Part shown: piece by piece, positions 52,655 through 64,000 of the stretch | How positions within the stretch are numbered: position 1 is the first letter of the stretch | How the letters are laid out: every line of letters begins with the position of its first letter | Source: Octopus sinensis | Lineage: Eukaryota | Direction of reading: 5' to 3' | Length of the DNA: 64,000 nt | Assembly (NCBI RefSeq): GCF_006345805.1 | Contig: NC_043007.1 | Location: forward strand, 52,762,001-52,826,000 | The notes under the pieces: model-generated | What the model saw: the letters and a program-made list of their open reading frames with translations, nothing else | What the model was told of the DNA's origin: nothing | Databases searched by the model: none | Program-made: the position numbers and the translations under genes

Positions 52655-54563
52655 TGTTTTATTATTACCCACAAGGGGCGAACATAGATGGGACAATACA
52701 ATCGGGAAAATGAATAATGAATTATGAAGTTTGTACAATGTGGTGTAATGCCCACTCGATCCCCGAAATCGAGCGGTTACATTTCGTCATTTGTTTTTTA
52801 TTCGTCAACAATATTTTCCAAATAAAACATTTTATACATTTTCAACATACATTTCAAAAATTTTACAAAGTTCAACATTTTTTTTTTTCCAGAATTTAAA
52901 GTTCTTTTTATCATTTCCAAATTAAAGTTTTCACAATACCTTTTCTTTTATATATACTCCATTATCTCTACCAAATCTGAGTAAACTTCCATCGTTCGTG
53001 GCCACCTTGTAAGTCGGCATTTCATGTTTTGACACGTTCTTGCCAGCTGTCTCGATGAACGCCTCGGCGTCGTTCTCGTGGACGAGTGCACCTGTTTCTT
53101 TCCATTCGGTGCCCATCCTGACCCACGTATATCCGTTTGTTACGTTTATTAAATCTTCCATCTCCTCACAGTGCCTGTGATGGATCAACGTTCCATAGTA
53201 TTTGAATTTTCTATTCGTACCTACGTTTTCTCTAGTTTTTCTCTTAGGACTTACTTCCTCTTTTTTCTCCTCCCTCGGTTTCTCTTTCTCTCTTTTTGCT
53301 TTCTCTTCTTTCTTTTTCCTTCTCTTGTCTTTTTGGCTCTTTGTCTGCCGTCTCTCTACCCTGTGCCTTGAGTTCCTTTCCTGTTGTTTCTTTTCCTTTT
53401 TGCATACCATCTTTTCCTTTCTCTTGGTTCTGTTCCTTCTCTTGTTCTTTTCCTGCTTTTTCTCTTTCCTTTAATGTACTTTCCTTTTCTTTCTCTTGCT
53501 TCTGCCTTGGCTCCTTCTCCACTACTTCTGCACCCTGTGAATTTTGCTCCTTTTCTACTATCTTCTTCCCTTTGTTTTCATTTTCCTTCAGTGCGCTGTT
53601 ACTTCCCTTCTCTTGTTGTTTCTCCGTTATTTCCTTTTCCTTGTTTTCGCTGTTCTTTCCTTCGTGTTCGTTTTCCTTCTCTCCACTTTGTGTCTCTTTT
53701 TGCTCCGCTGTGAATTCATAGGGCGGACATTCCTTTTTTATGTGCCCTCTTGATCCGCACAGGTAGCAATTCGGTTTTCTGCCTTCCACTATTACACTAA
53801 TTGTTTTCTCGTTTTCTATTTCTATTTGGAAGGGAAATCTTTCGATGTCTTCCATTGTGGCCATCAGCCACAACTCTACTCCGAATCCCTTCCAATTTAC
53901 AACGTTGGTCTCCTTGATTGACCCTATTTCTACTTCCTCTTTTGTTGCCCCAATAATGGCTGTTACCAGCATTTCTGTTTTAATATCTGGGGGCACCTTT
54001 GGGACTCTTACCCGTACCCCTCGTCTTCCTTTATACGTCAGCCACATGGTGAAATTTTCCGCTTTCAGGACAGTGGAAGCCAATGAGGCCGCCACTTCCT
54101 TTGTTGCGCATCTCACCTCCACCGTACCATATTTCTTTCCTCTGTCTACAAAAGTCGCTTTTTTCATGATGTCCCCCAGACATTTCTCTATTTCTTCAAT
54201 CGTCACTCTCACCAGTTTTCTCGTGGTTCTATCTTGCGTTCTATACGTTATCGTCTTGTTATTTCTCTCTTCTATTGTTTCCACAGGCGGGACCAGCTTC
54301 ACGCTGTCACCCTCCCTTTTGACGAACTTCTCGTATTCCTTCAATTGTTCTTTTCTAAAGAACACTTCTCTTATTCTAAGAGACTCGTCACTTTTTGTTG
54401 TGGCGACCCCCGCGTAAGTCTCCATTACTTGAGGGTTGACACACCTTCTATAAAAGGTTCAAACATGCAGCGGCAAACGCCTCGCGTGATTCAATTTTTT
54501 GACAATTTTTAACAGTTTTTTTCCAATTTTCACATACAAAATAACTCACAACACACGTGGATA
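52655..54563 (-). mobile_element. ORF1-only L1/Tx1-like retroelement, copy 2
   Basis: Frame 54425-52931 with one frameshift (393-aa ORF plus the C-terminal part of ORF 52931..53410), CCHC knuckle CYLCGSRGHIKKEC, same 3' terminal motif as copy 1, and 14-bp direct repeats. Confidence 0.8.
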
Positions 54564-54577
54564 GATTTCCTCCATGT

Positions 54578-56346
54578 GATTTTATTACTACTCACAAGGG
54601 GCGAACATAGATGGGACAATACAATCGGGGAACTTAAAATAAGAAAGCGAATGACAAGAAAAGGAAAAAATAAAAGTAAAAATGACATATGAAAGAATAT
54701 TTACAATGAGATGTAAATGTCCACTCGATCCCCGGAATCGAGAGGTTACATTTTCGTCACATATATTTCACAAAATTTTCTTTTTTCTCTTTTTATTTTT
54801 TTTCTTCTCACAATTCTATACATACTCTATAATTGTTTCCACTTCGCTGAAGTCTAACACTGAGCCCTCAGGCAGCCGCTCTCTCACTCGAACCTTCGTG
54901 TAAAATATTACACTCTCTCCGGCAGCTCTGAGGAACTCAGCGGCTCTTTCTTCGGGGGATTAGAGCAGTCTCCTGCCACCGGTCGGTCATCCTGTTGACC
55001 CATATATGTCCCTCCGTTTCACTTGTCAAGTCTTTCATTATAGGGCAGAAATGGAAGGTTACTAACTTGTAGTAATAGTAATCTTGTTTCCGTCCTACGT
55101 TTTCCTTCATTTTCCTTTTCGGGCTTATTTCTTCCTTGTTCCCCTCTCTTTGTTTCTCTCTTTCTCTCTTTTTGCCTTCTTTTCTTTCTCCTTCCTTCTC
55201 TTGTCTTTTTGGTTCTTTGTCTGTTCTCTCTTTCTCGCGTGTTTTATGTTCCTTTTCTTTTTCCTTTTGTGTGCCGTCTTTTCTTTTCGTTTGATTCTGA
55301 TCCCTCTCTTGTTTTTTTCCTATTGTTTCTTTTTCCTTTTTTTTTTCCTGACTCTGTTTTGGTTCTATTTCTTTCTTTTCTTTTATTTCTTTTTCCTTCA
55401 TTGACTTATTATTTCCTTTCTCTTGTTGTTTTGTTTCCTTTTCTATGTTTTCTTTCTCATTTACAGTATTCTTCTTTTCTTCAAGTTCCTGCTTGCCCTC
55501 TGCTACGAATTCATATAACAGGCACTCTTTTTTAATGTGCCCCCTTGTCCCACACAAGTAACAGTTTGGTTTTCTCCCCTCTACAATTACGCTGAGGGTT
55601 TTTTCCTCTTCAATTTCAATTCTGTAGGGAAACCTTTCAATATCCTCTTTTGTGGTCATCAACCACAATTCTACCCCATATCCTCTCCAGTTTACCGCGT
55701 TGGACTCCTTAATTGATTCCACCTCCACTTCCTCTTCTGCTGCTCCTAGAATAGCTGTTGCCAGCCATTCTGTTTTCACTTCTGGGGGTATATTCGGGAT
55801 TTTAACCCGGACCCCTCTTCTTCCCTTGTATGAGGGCCACATTGTGAATTTTTCGGCTCTTAGTACGGTGGTAGCCAGAGGGGCCGCAATTTCTTCCGTT
55901 GCACATCTCACCTCCACTGTACCAAATTTCTTGCCTCTACTCACGTAGGTTATTTTCCCCATTATGTCTCCCAGACATTTTTCAATTTCGTCTATCTCCA
56001 CTCTTGCCAGTTTCTTCGTATATTTTTGTCTTGGGTTCTGTATGTCACCGTCTTGCTTTCTTTATCCTCTTTTGCTTTCGCGGGGGGGATTAGCTTCACG
56101 CTATCACCCTCCCTTTTGAAGAGCTTTTCATATTCTTTGAGTTTCTCTTTCTCAAAGAAAACCTCCTTTATGACTATCGACGAATCGTTATTTTTCCCGG
56201 TGACCCCCGCGTAAGTCGCCATGACTAGAGGGTCAATTCACCTTCTTCGGAAGGTTTCCACACGTGGAGGCAAACGCCTCGCGCGATATCAAATCAATTT
56301 ACACAGAAAAAATATCACCGTCTAGTCACAGATAACAACACACATA
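54578..56346 (-). mobile_element. ORF1-only L1/Tx1-like retroelement, copy 1
   Basis: One ORF1-like frame 56222-54816 with two frameshifts, CCHC knuckle CYLCGTRGHIKKEC, short 3' UTR with AATAAA, and 14-bp direct repeats on both sides. No endonuclease or RT sequence. Confidence 0.8.
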
Positions 56347-59275
56347 GCTTTCCTCCATGTGTTCAAATCTTTTTTCTCTACATTGTATACTTTATAGACA
56401 ATAGTCTTTTCTTTAATTTAATTTTTTATTATACATCTGGACTATTCCATTTCTGCACGCTAATTTTATTTTTAATTTATTTCCATTCATGTGAAACCAC
56501 TTATTCAAGTTCAAATCATAGATGCAAATTTATACCAATTGCTATTTTTACTTTTGTTATGTTACGATTATATTATACTTTAGTTTGATTTTAATTATTA
56601 CTTACTACATATAATTCAATTGTTATTATTATTTTTATTGTTAAAGTGAAAGCATCTGACATAAAATAGAGAAACGTTTTTGTTTCACTTTTAACACGTA
56701 ATACTGAAATAGTGGAGAAGATATGATATTGCTATGGGCTCGCTCTAGGCAAGAAGTTGAACATTTTTTTTGCCTATGAAACTACATGGACCCTAAGTAA
56801 GACATGTGTAAAATTTGAATGAAATTGGTTGTGTAGTTCTCAAGTTTTAGGGAAACACACAGACAGATAGACACACATTCTCAGTTTTATATATATAAAG
56901 ATACACACACACATATATAAATTAACCCAATAAATATCTGATTCATAATATTTGTTCTCATGATTGTGTGGTGGTGGTGGTGGCGATAATAATTTTCTCT
57001 ATGAATGCAGACAGACATACAGAGAAAGAGAGGGAGAGAAAGAGTGACAGAGCTGGCGAAGGTGGCGGGAGAAAGAGAGTGGAAGTTGTCAAACGTTGTT
57101 ATAGATCGAAAGTGAAGGGAAGAAAGTGAGAGAGATGGAGGAAGAGGGGCAGGTGTGCGAAAGAGAAACGGCAATTCATAATATTTGTTCTCATGATTGT
57201 GTGGTGGTGGTGGCAATAATTATTCTCTCTATGAATGCAGACAGATGTAGAGAGAGAGAGACAGACAGACAGATTATGTGGGAGAAAGAGTGACAGCACT
57301 GACAAAAGCGGCGGGGAAAAGATAGTAGTAGCTGTCAAATGTCGTTATAGAGAGAAAGAGAAGGGAAGGGAGGAAAGAGAGAGAGAGAGACGGCTGAAAA
57401 CAGGCAGATAAGAGAAAGAGAGAAACGACAAACACTTGTCAAAGTGTGGGTTTTTTTGGCCTAGTAACCACAGCTTTTGAGATAGGGATTTCTATCCTAG
57501 TCCACTCACATCCTCACCTCTTTTTACATGTCCCTGTAAATTTTGGAGCGTATCCCACAGGATCTAGTGCCCTTTCACCCGTTCCAATGCCAAAACCAGA
57601 CAAACAAACAAACTTTTCGCATTTCAGATTTATAATATAGAGAATAAATTCCAAATACAAATCTTGAAAATTTCAATAAATACAGGTACCTCCCCTAGTA
57701 AACAAAATTTATATATGGACCCACAAATTACAATTTTTTACTCGTGGTCCACCTTAAAGCTTCTGTGGACCCCTGGCGGTCTATGTGGGCCTCAGTTGAG
57801 AAACTCTGCTCCAGAGGCTCCCTGATGGTGGTAGATAGTTTCTGCTACCTGGTGGTGGTAGATAGTTTCTGCTACCTGGTGGTGAAGGATTATCCAAAAG
57901 AACAGTTGCTAGAATAAGAACAGGATGGAGAAAATTCAGAGAGCTATTACTCCATCTAGCAACAAAAGTTGCAGGGTGAACGTCAGCCAGTATGATGCTT
58001 GAATATGAACTTCAATGCTACATAGTAGTGAGATATGGTAGTGAGTGCAGAGGACAAATAAAGACTAGAGAGGAATGAAGCTCGTATGCTGCATTGAATG
58101 TGCCATATTGGTGTGAATATATGCTGAAGTGCTAATGCACTGAGCGGAAAAATTATGCATAAGTGGTATCAGATGTAGTTTACAAGAGAGAAAACTGCAC
58201 TGCTTTGGTCATGTGATGCATATGGATGAGAACAGCTGCATAAAAAAGTGTTAGTTGCTTAAACTGGATGATAAGAGGAGACCCAGAAAGACATGGAATG
58301 AAGTAGTGAGGGCTCGAGATATTGAACCGCATGGAGGAAATGATAGAGGATCAAGATGATTGGCAATTTGCTGTGCTTGAGATGACCTACACATAACAGA
58401 AAATATGTCCTAAAAGCATTTTTCTATGCTTGGATAACATGATGGACGGTGTCCCTACACCCTATCAAGCATTTGTCACATCTCATCTCTCTACCAACCC
58501 TCTTCCATACAAGCTGAGCACAAGTATTTCCCACACCATCTACCAGCCCACTCATGTTGGGTTTAGTAATTCCCACATTTCTTTTTCCTATCTATTACCC
58601 TTACCCATGTTCTGGGCACTGTCCCTACACCTATATTGCTCTGTCAAGCACATCCCACATCCCAACTCCCTACCCACTCCTCCTATAACAATTGTCCCCC
58701 TTGACACATATTATATCCACTAACACCTTGTCAAATCAATTTTGAATTTGGATCTTTTGATTTAACATTCTTCAGTGTAAGGGATAAATTTTTCATAATT
58801 TTACAACACAATATTTCATTTAATGTACACTTTCATAATATATCCACTTAAATTTTTGTATTCAAACAATGCTTTCATCGCAAAAGAGGTTATATATCTA
58901 ATTAAGTTTATTGGTAAACAAAAATATTTCTGATTTTCTTTTGAACCATTTCACTTTTAAAGCCTTTTGATAAAAACAACATTTAAAAAATTTTTTTGAA
59001 GCATTACCTTATGCTTAACTGTTTGTAACTTATCTAATAAATAATGTGAAATAAAAGCTACAATGTCATAGCTATAACCTGTAAACTCAAACCTAAACAG
59101 GACAGGGGTGTGTGCTAAAAAGTAACCTAAAAAGTTCACATTGGCTATGTATGTTGTGTTCTCAGCTGATATAAGAAATAAGTCTAATTGCAAATAGAAG
59201 AGTTGGAGTCAGAGTCGATTGTAACATAAATAGAGGGGTCAGAATGTAAAAATGAAAGGAAAAAACCCAACTTAC

Positions 59276-59311
59276 TTAAGTCAATTCTTTTTTCTGGGAG
59301 TTGCATTTTTC
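59276..59311 (-). CDS. VPS54: VPS54 coding exon, 36 nt, phase 1-1: (G)KMQLPEKRIDL(S)
   Basis: Acceptor ttttcactttcag and donor gtaagt. The peptide aligns with the recalled vertebrate VPS54 segment GKIALPEKK and joins the next exon in frame. Confidence 0.8.
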   Translation of the reverse strand, partial: EKCNSQKKELT

Positions 59312-62300
59312 CTGAAAGTGAAAAAATCAAAATAAATATATTCTAATTAAAATATATTTGACATACAGATAATCCACAGTTACAACTTTTACAAGTAACA
59401 AAAAGGAAAATTTTCCTGCATACTGTATAAGAGATTTCTCATTGCCATATAAAATTCAGGAGCAATGAATTTCCTGGTGGTCTCTAAGGAAGCTAAGAGT
59501 AGAGGAGTGGCTTGTTACAGCCGTACAAGCCATGTACAGTGACGCTGTCAGTAAGGTGAGAGTCGAACTTGAATACAGTGATGAATTTAGCAAACAAGTT
59601 GGAGTTCACCAGGGATCAGTTCTTAGTCACTCCTATTCATCATAGTTCTCCAGGCCATGACTGAGAAATTCTAAACTGGATGCCCATGGGAACTGCTATA
59701 TGCAGATGACCTCACTCTTATTGCAGAATCTGAAGCAGAATTGGAGAAGTTTGGAAGCAAAACCTGGAATCAAAGGGCCTTAAAGTTAACTTAGCAAAGG
59801 CTAAAGTTGTTGTTAGCAAGAAAGCAGATAAGACTCTCTTTCCATCAGGAAAATGGCCCTGCTCAATATGTAGGAAAGGGGTGGTAAGTAATTCTATTTG
59901 CTGCACCAAGTGTAAACTATAGACACATAAGAGATGCAGTGGAAGTGTAGGTAAGTTAACAGATAAGGTTGCTTTCGTGTGTGGCAGACGTGCAGGAACA
60001 ATAAGCACTAAGAGCTCACAGGGCTTAGACTTTCTCAACTGCCCAGGAGGCCCTCTTGAGGTAGTAGATAGTTTCTGCTACTTAGGTGATCAAATTAGTA
60101 ATGGTGGTGGATGAGAATAGGATGGAGGAAGTTCAGAGAGCTACTATCTCAGTTGGCAACAACAGGACTCTCAGAGTGAAAGATAGATTGTATGATGTTT
60201 GTGTGTGAAAGGCTATACTCCATTGTAGTGAGACATGGGCTCTGAATGTGGAGGACATGCATAGACTGGAGAGGAATGACGGTAATACTCTGTTGGATTT
60301 GCAACATTAATGTGCATGACTGACAAAGCGCAACTGTGGAGTGGTTAGAAAGGGCATTCAACTATAAAAACCCTGCCAAAACAGACACAGTAGCCTGGGG
60401 TAGTCTTCTACCTGACTGGCTCCCATCAACCATCCTACCCATGCATGGAAGACAAATGATAAATGATGACAATGACATCATGTTTTGTTTTTTCTTGGCA
60501 TCATTAATACTTCAGCAGTTAGAATGGGGCAACTGGAAGCAACTGTTTGAATGCCAAACATCTGGAACAGCTGTAAGATGCTAAACCTATTTCAGTTATG
60601 ATTTTTATGGCAATGAACTATTTGATGCTGAAGATAAGTACATACACATGAAAACATACAAAGCAAGGAAAGAGAGAAACATAAAAATGTTATATAAACA
60701 AAACCTCAGACAGAGAGAGTGGGGAGAAAAACATTAATATGTCACATCATCTTTGCTTTAACATTTACATTTCCATGCTAGCATAGGTCAAATGAGAGTT
60801 ATGTTAGGACAAAGTTTTATGGCTCAATGTCCTTCTAATTACTAGCCTATGTTGTTTCTAATTGAGGTTATAATATTCTAATTGAAGTTATATATTCTAA
60901 TTGAGGTTATAATATCTATTGAGCAACAAACACCCAGGCCATATTTATGCAGAGAACTGGAAACGAACAACAATGGATGAGGTTTTTCATTAAAAAGATT
61001 GTACAACATATCAAGACATGCCAAGAAGTCCAGACATGCATTCACAGTGGAATGCAAGCAAGCAACAGTCAGCAAAGCCCATTGCTTACAACAGGTGAAC
61101 ATACATGACAACAAGGAAAATATGAACTAACACAAAAACACACACATATTTTAAGATTTTGTTTAGGTATAGTGATACTAATAACTTTCTTTTAGAACTC
61201 AATATACATAGGCTCTAGAATAAAGCATTAGGCAAGTACAGAGAGTAATATGAAATTAAAGAAATGACAAAGGAACAGCTGTTTCTGCTATAGGATGAAG
61301 TGCACTCAGAGATAAAAGCTTGTGCATCATCTTATAGATTCCTGGGAGCCTCTAGAATTAAGTGAATGTTTATTTGAAAAACATTTAAAAACATGGAAAA
61401 GACTACCATTAGCAAAGATAAAAATACACAAGAAATAAGGTATAGAGTTTGAGGAATAGAAGCAACTCTTAGAAATATGTAGATTTAAATAATTATATGT
61501 ATAAACACAGGTGCATAATGAACCTGTATATAAATAACTAATCATATGCATACAAAAATATACAGAAATTATGTATGTTAATACACATTTAAACAGGTAC
61601 ATATGAGTGACCAGCAGAAACCAAACAGGGGGAAAAAAACCCATGGAGACGGAAAGTGAGAGAATCTAAAATCTAGAGATAAAAAATATTGTTATAGACT
61701 TAAAGAGATAAAGAAATTGTGTGGTAAGGTGATAAATTTATCAACAAATCAATGGCCATGTGTGTCTAGCTAGACTGATGATAAACAGGCAAGTACAATA
61801 TATGATAAACAGGTAAGTACAATATAACCCACCCACACCCTTGGAGACCCATCCTTCCCCTGCAAACAGCGATTCCACCCAGCTTTATAAGGTGAATTCT
61901 ATAATAAAGATGTCATTTTCTCAATACATATTTTTTGTTGTCAAATACTCTGAATTTCTCAAAATTCTTCTAAAGGATATTTGGATCTATTTGTCAAACA
62001 TGAGGGTTTACCTTGGATGTGTATTCTACTTATATTTACTGATGTCTGATTGTTGGATATTATGAACCAAATTATTTTAAAACTAAGTGCTTTATTGTAA
62101 TATTATTGATAGAGGGGTTACATATTAATTTATCTTTAAAGCCACTATAGACTAGGGCACTGTTGTAGTTTGGGGGTTACCTTCTTGAAAATTTCTTTAG
62201 AGGAAGATAATTTAAGATACTCTGTAACTAATAATAGGAATAATAATAAACCTAAAAAATAGACGAAGGAAAATAATTTGGTTCCCCACCTTCTCTTAAT

Positions 62301-62339
62301 GTAAAAACCAATGTAAGTAAAAGATTCTTGTCTCTCCTA

Positions 62340-62790
62340 GACAAACCTTTTCCAGAAAATCACAGGTACAGGTAAATATTTAACAGGTGCTCAGTGAAAT
62401 TATTATATACCTGCTGCCCCAATATGAAAAGCATCATTACACATGAACAACACCACTCCCAGTTGTAACTGTTGAGACTCAGGAACCTGTCCACTTAACA
62501 AGAAATGTACGATTAAATCTGTCATATATGAGGCAGAAGTTACAACAAGGCTAGATGATAATGCAATCAATAAGAAGAGCTATATTGAACTATGTGAAGG
62601 TGACTTCAAAAATTACTATGGTAATTATATATCTTCCTTCTGACACAAGGATAAAAGTAAAGCTACTAAGTTGGCTGGCCACATATGGAGTTTGAAGTTG
62701 AATACCATACCACAAACGATAAAGTGGAAAATAGTTCACACTATATGTTAACAGATAAAAAAAGATACAAGCTATGCATAGTTGAAAGAA
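62340..62790 (+). mobile_element. Second Penelope-like GIY-YIG fragment
   Basis: CNC.DSGTCPLNKKCTIKSVIYEAEV...KSYIELCEGDFK...ATKLAGHIWSLK...IKWKIV. Confidence 0.8.
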
Positions 62791-62979
62791 CTCAGATCCT
62801 TTTCAGATCTAAGAACTCTAAACACACTGCTGAATTTTAGATCCAAAATTTTCAGTGGTTGTAAGCATATAGCAAAGTTCCTGTTGATGAATTGGAAAGT
62901 ACCATCCTCTCCAGATTGAACAGCTGAACTGCAGAGATGAGGCCACTATCTTTTCAGCCTTATATTTTATGATCTAAGG

Positions 62980-64000
62980 CAAGGGTGTCCAACCTTTTTT
63001 CTAGTGGGCCAAATAAAAAATTTATGTATATTCACCGGGGTTCAAAGGTACTTAAATATAAACTTTTAAAAAGTTGGCTTCCCAGACCCTGGTCAAACCG
63101 TCCAACCCATGCTAGCATGGAAAACGGACATTAAACGATGATGATGATGAAATATAAAGACAAAATAATGTGCTATTGACAGTAAAAATGAAATTGCACT
63201 TATACAAAATAAATTCAATGTGATTTTTGGCATTCCTTTCCTGTTATGATATTCTTAGTATCTGCTTTTATGGTATTATTCTTTACTCTAAGAATGTTAG
63301 TTAAATGGCAATCACCCAGCCTATTTCTTTCAGTAGTTTTGATGTTTTTCATACATGCAAAGAATTGTTCACAGCAGTATGTACTACCCCACATGCATGA
63401 TAGTTTTCTAGCTAAATTGGTAATTTGATCAAATTCATTGAAAGAATGCAATTTCTTGTAAAAGTCAAGAAGGGCATGTTCTCTATGATAAGTTTTCAAA
63501 GATTCTCTACTGTGAATCTAGCTAGTATTTGGCTGGTACTTCCACATAAACAAATGAAAATGGATCACTCAACAATTTTAGTTCATAGAAATATCACATT
63601 TCTAAATTTCTCAGAGATTTATACAGTAGCAGCACGATAAAGTGATGGTATGTTGCCAACTTAATGTGGCAGCCCCATGAAAGGGAAGAATGCTACAGCT
63701 ATTTAGCCCTAGGAAACACCATTTTCAGTTGGCCATGACACATTTTCTGTGTCCTTACACTTATCTCCCCCCTTTGAAAACATAAAGACAGAAAATGTGT
63801 CATGGCCAACTGTAAACAGTATTTCCTAGAGCTAAATAAAAGTATCATTCTTCCCTTTCATGGGGCTGCCATATTAAGTTGGCAATATAGCATCACTTAA
63901 ATTTTAGTTCAGTTTCTATCTTTCTGAATTTGGTTGTAAAAGCTTCACATAATTTAGTGTATTTTTCAAAGTTGACAGGAAATTCTTGTCTTTTAGATAA
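62980..64000 (-). mobile_element. hAT (Charlie/GTF2IRD2-like) transposon 3' end, decayed
   Basis: TIR CAAGGGTGTCCAACC at 62980. ORF 63215..63499 contains WGSTYCCEQFFACMKNIKTTERNRL, the hAT C-terminal dimerisation region. Confidence 0.85.
63641..63897. mobile_element. Foldback MITE inserted in the hAT transposase
   Basis: Arms of about 110 bp (agtgatggtatgttgccaacttaat and attaagttggcaatatagcatcact). TAA on both sides, although a TTAA target is also possible. Confidence 0.85.

Larger units (their letters stand above)
52196..56901 (-). mobile_element. Helitron B (4.7 kb) nested in A3, carrying ORF1 cargo
   Basis: 5' A|TCTTTATATATATAAAACTGAG; 3' hairpin gacccagcaacgacgggtc followed by CTAG|T; no TSD. 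The joined flanks reproduce the uninterrupted A2 sequence at about 20340-20420 (gtgtgtgt-tctatatataaatatgtatata). Confidence 0.9.
50163..57643 (-). mobile_element. Non-autonomous Helitron A3 (same family as A1/A2), carrying nested insertions
   Basis: 5' TCTCTATATTATAAATCTGAAATGC at 57643 and 3' tcaccttcagCTAG|T at 50163. Segments 57643-56902, 52195-52080 and 50920-50165 are colinear with A2. Confidence 0.85.

Noticed and set aside
53171-56214. Many plus-strand Phe/Ser/Leu-rich ORFs, including a 190-aa ORF at 53845..54417
   Set aside because: Antisense shadows of the purine-rich ORF1 frames.
52931-56222. ORF1 pair as domesticated host zinc-knuckle genes (ZCCHC3-like)
   Set aside because: Both copies have frameshifts, are intronless, are bounded by direct repeats and sit inside a Helitron.

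Overview
AT-rich animal genomic DNA. The repeat landscape looks like Octopus; that assignment is inferred from recalled (ATG)n-tailed RTE ends and tRNA-SINEs and needs a BLAST check. The only host gene found is VPS54 (GARP complex) on the minus strand: seven short GT-AG exons between 59311 and 4405 splice into one open frame of about 197 codons, and the gene runs off both ends of the window. The introns (0.9-18 kb) are filled with decayed transposons: Tigger/pogo, RTE, R4-like and HERO-like LINEs, Penelope-like elements, a Gypsy LTR element, piggyBac and hAT derivatives, several MITEs, SINEs and Helitrons. The most striking structure is a nest at about 49.3-58.4 kb (RTE > hAT MITE > Helitron > Helitron > captured ORF1 fragment). 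Two diverged ORF1-only, zinc-knuckle retroelements sit there in tandem at the same 14-bp site inside the ORF1 of a distant relative. Other points of interest are an exact head-to-tail Helitron junction, minimal hammerhead-ribozyme motifs (including a repeat family with a non-canonical core), a candidate hairpin-masked 27-nt microexon, and a VPS54 exon that begins with a donor consensus. No rRNA, tRNA gene or CRISPR array is supported.
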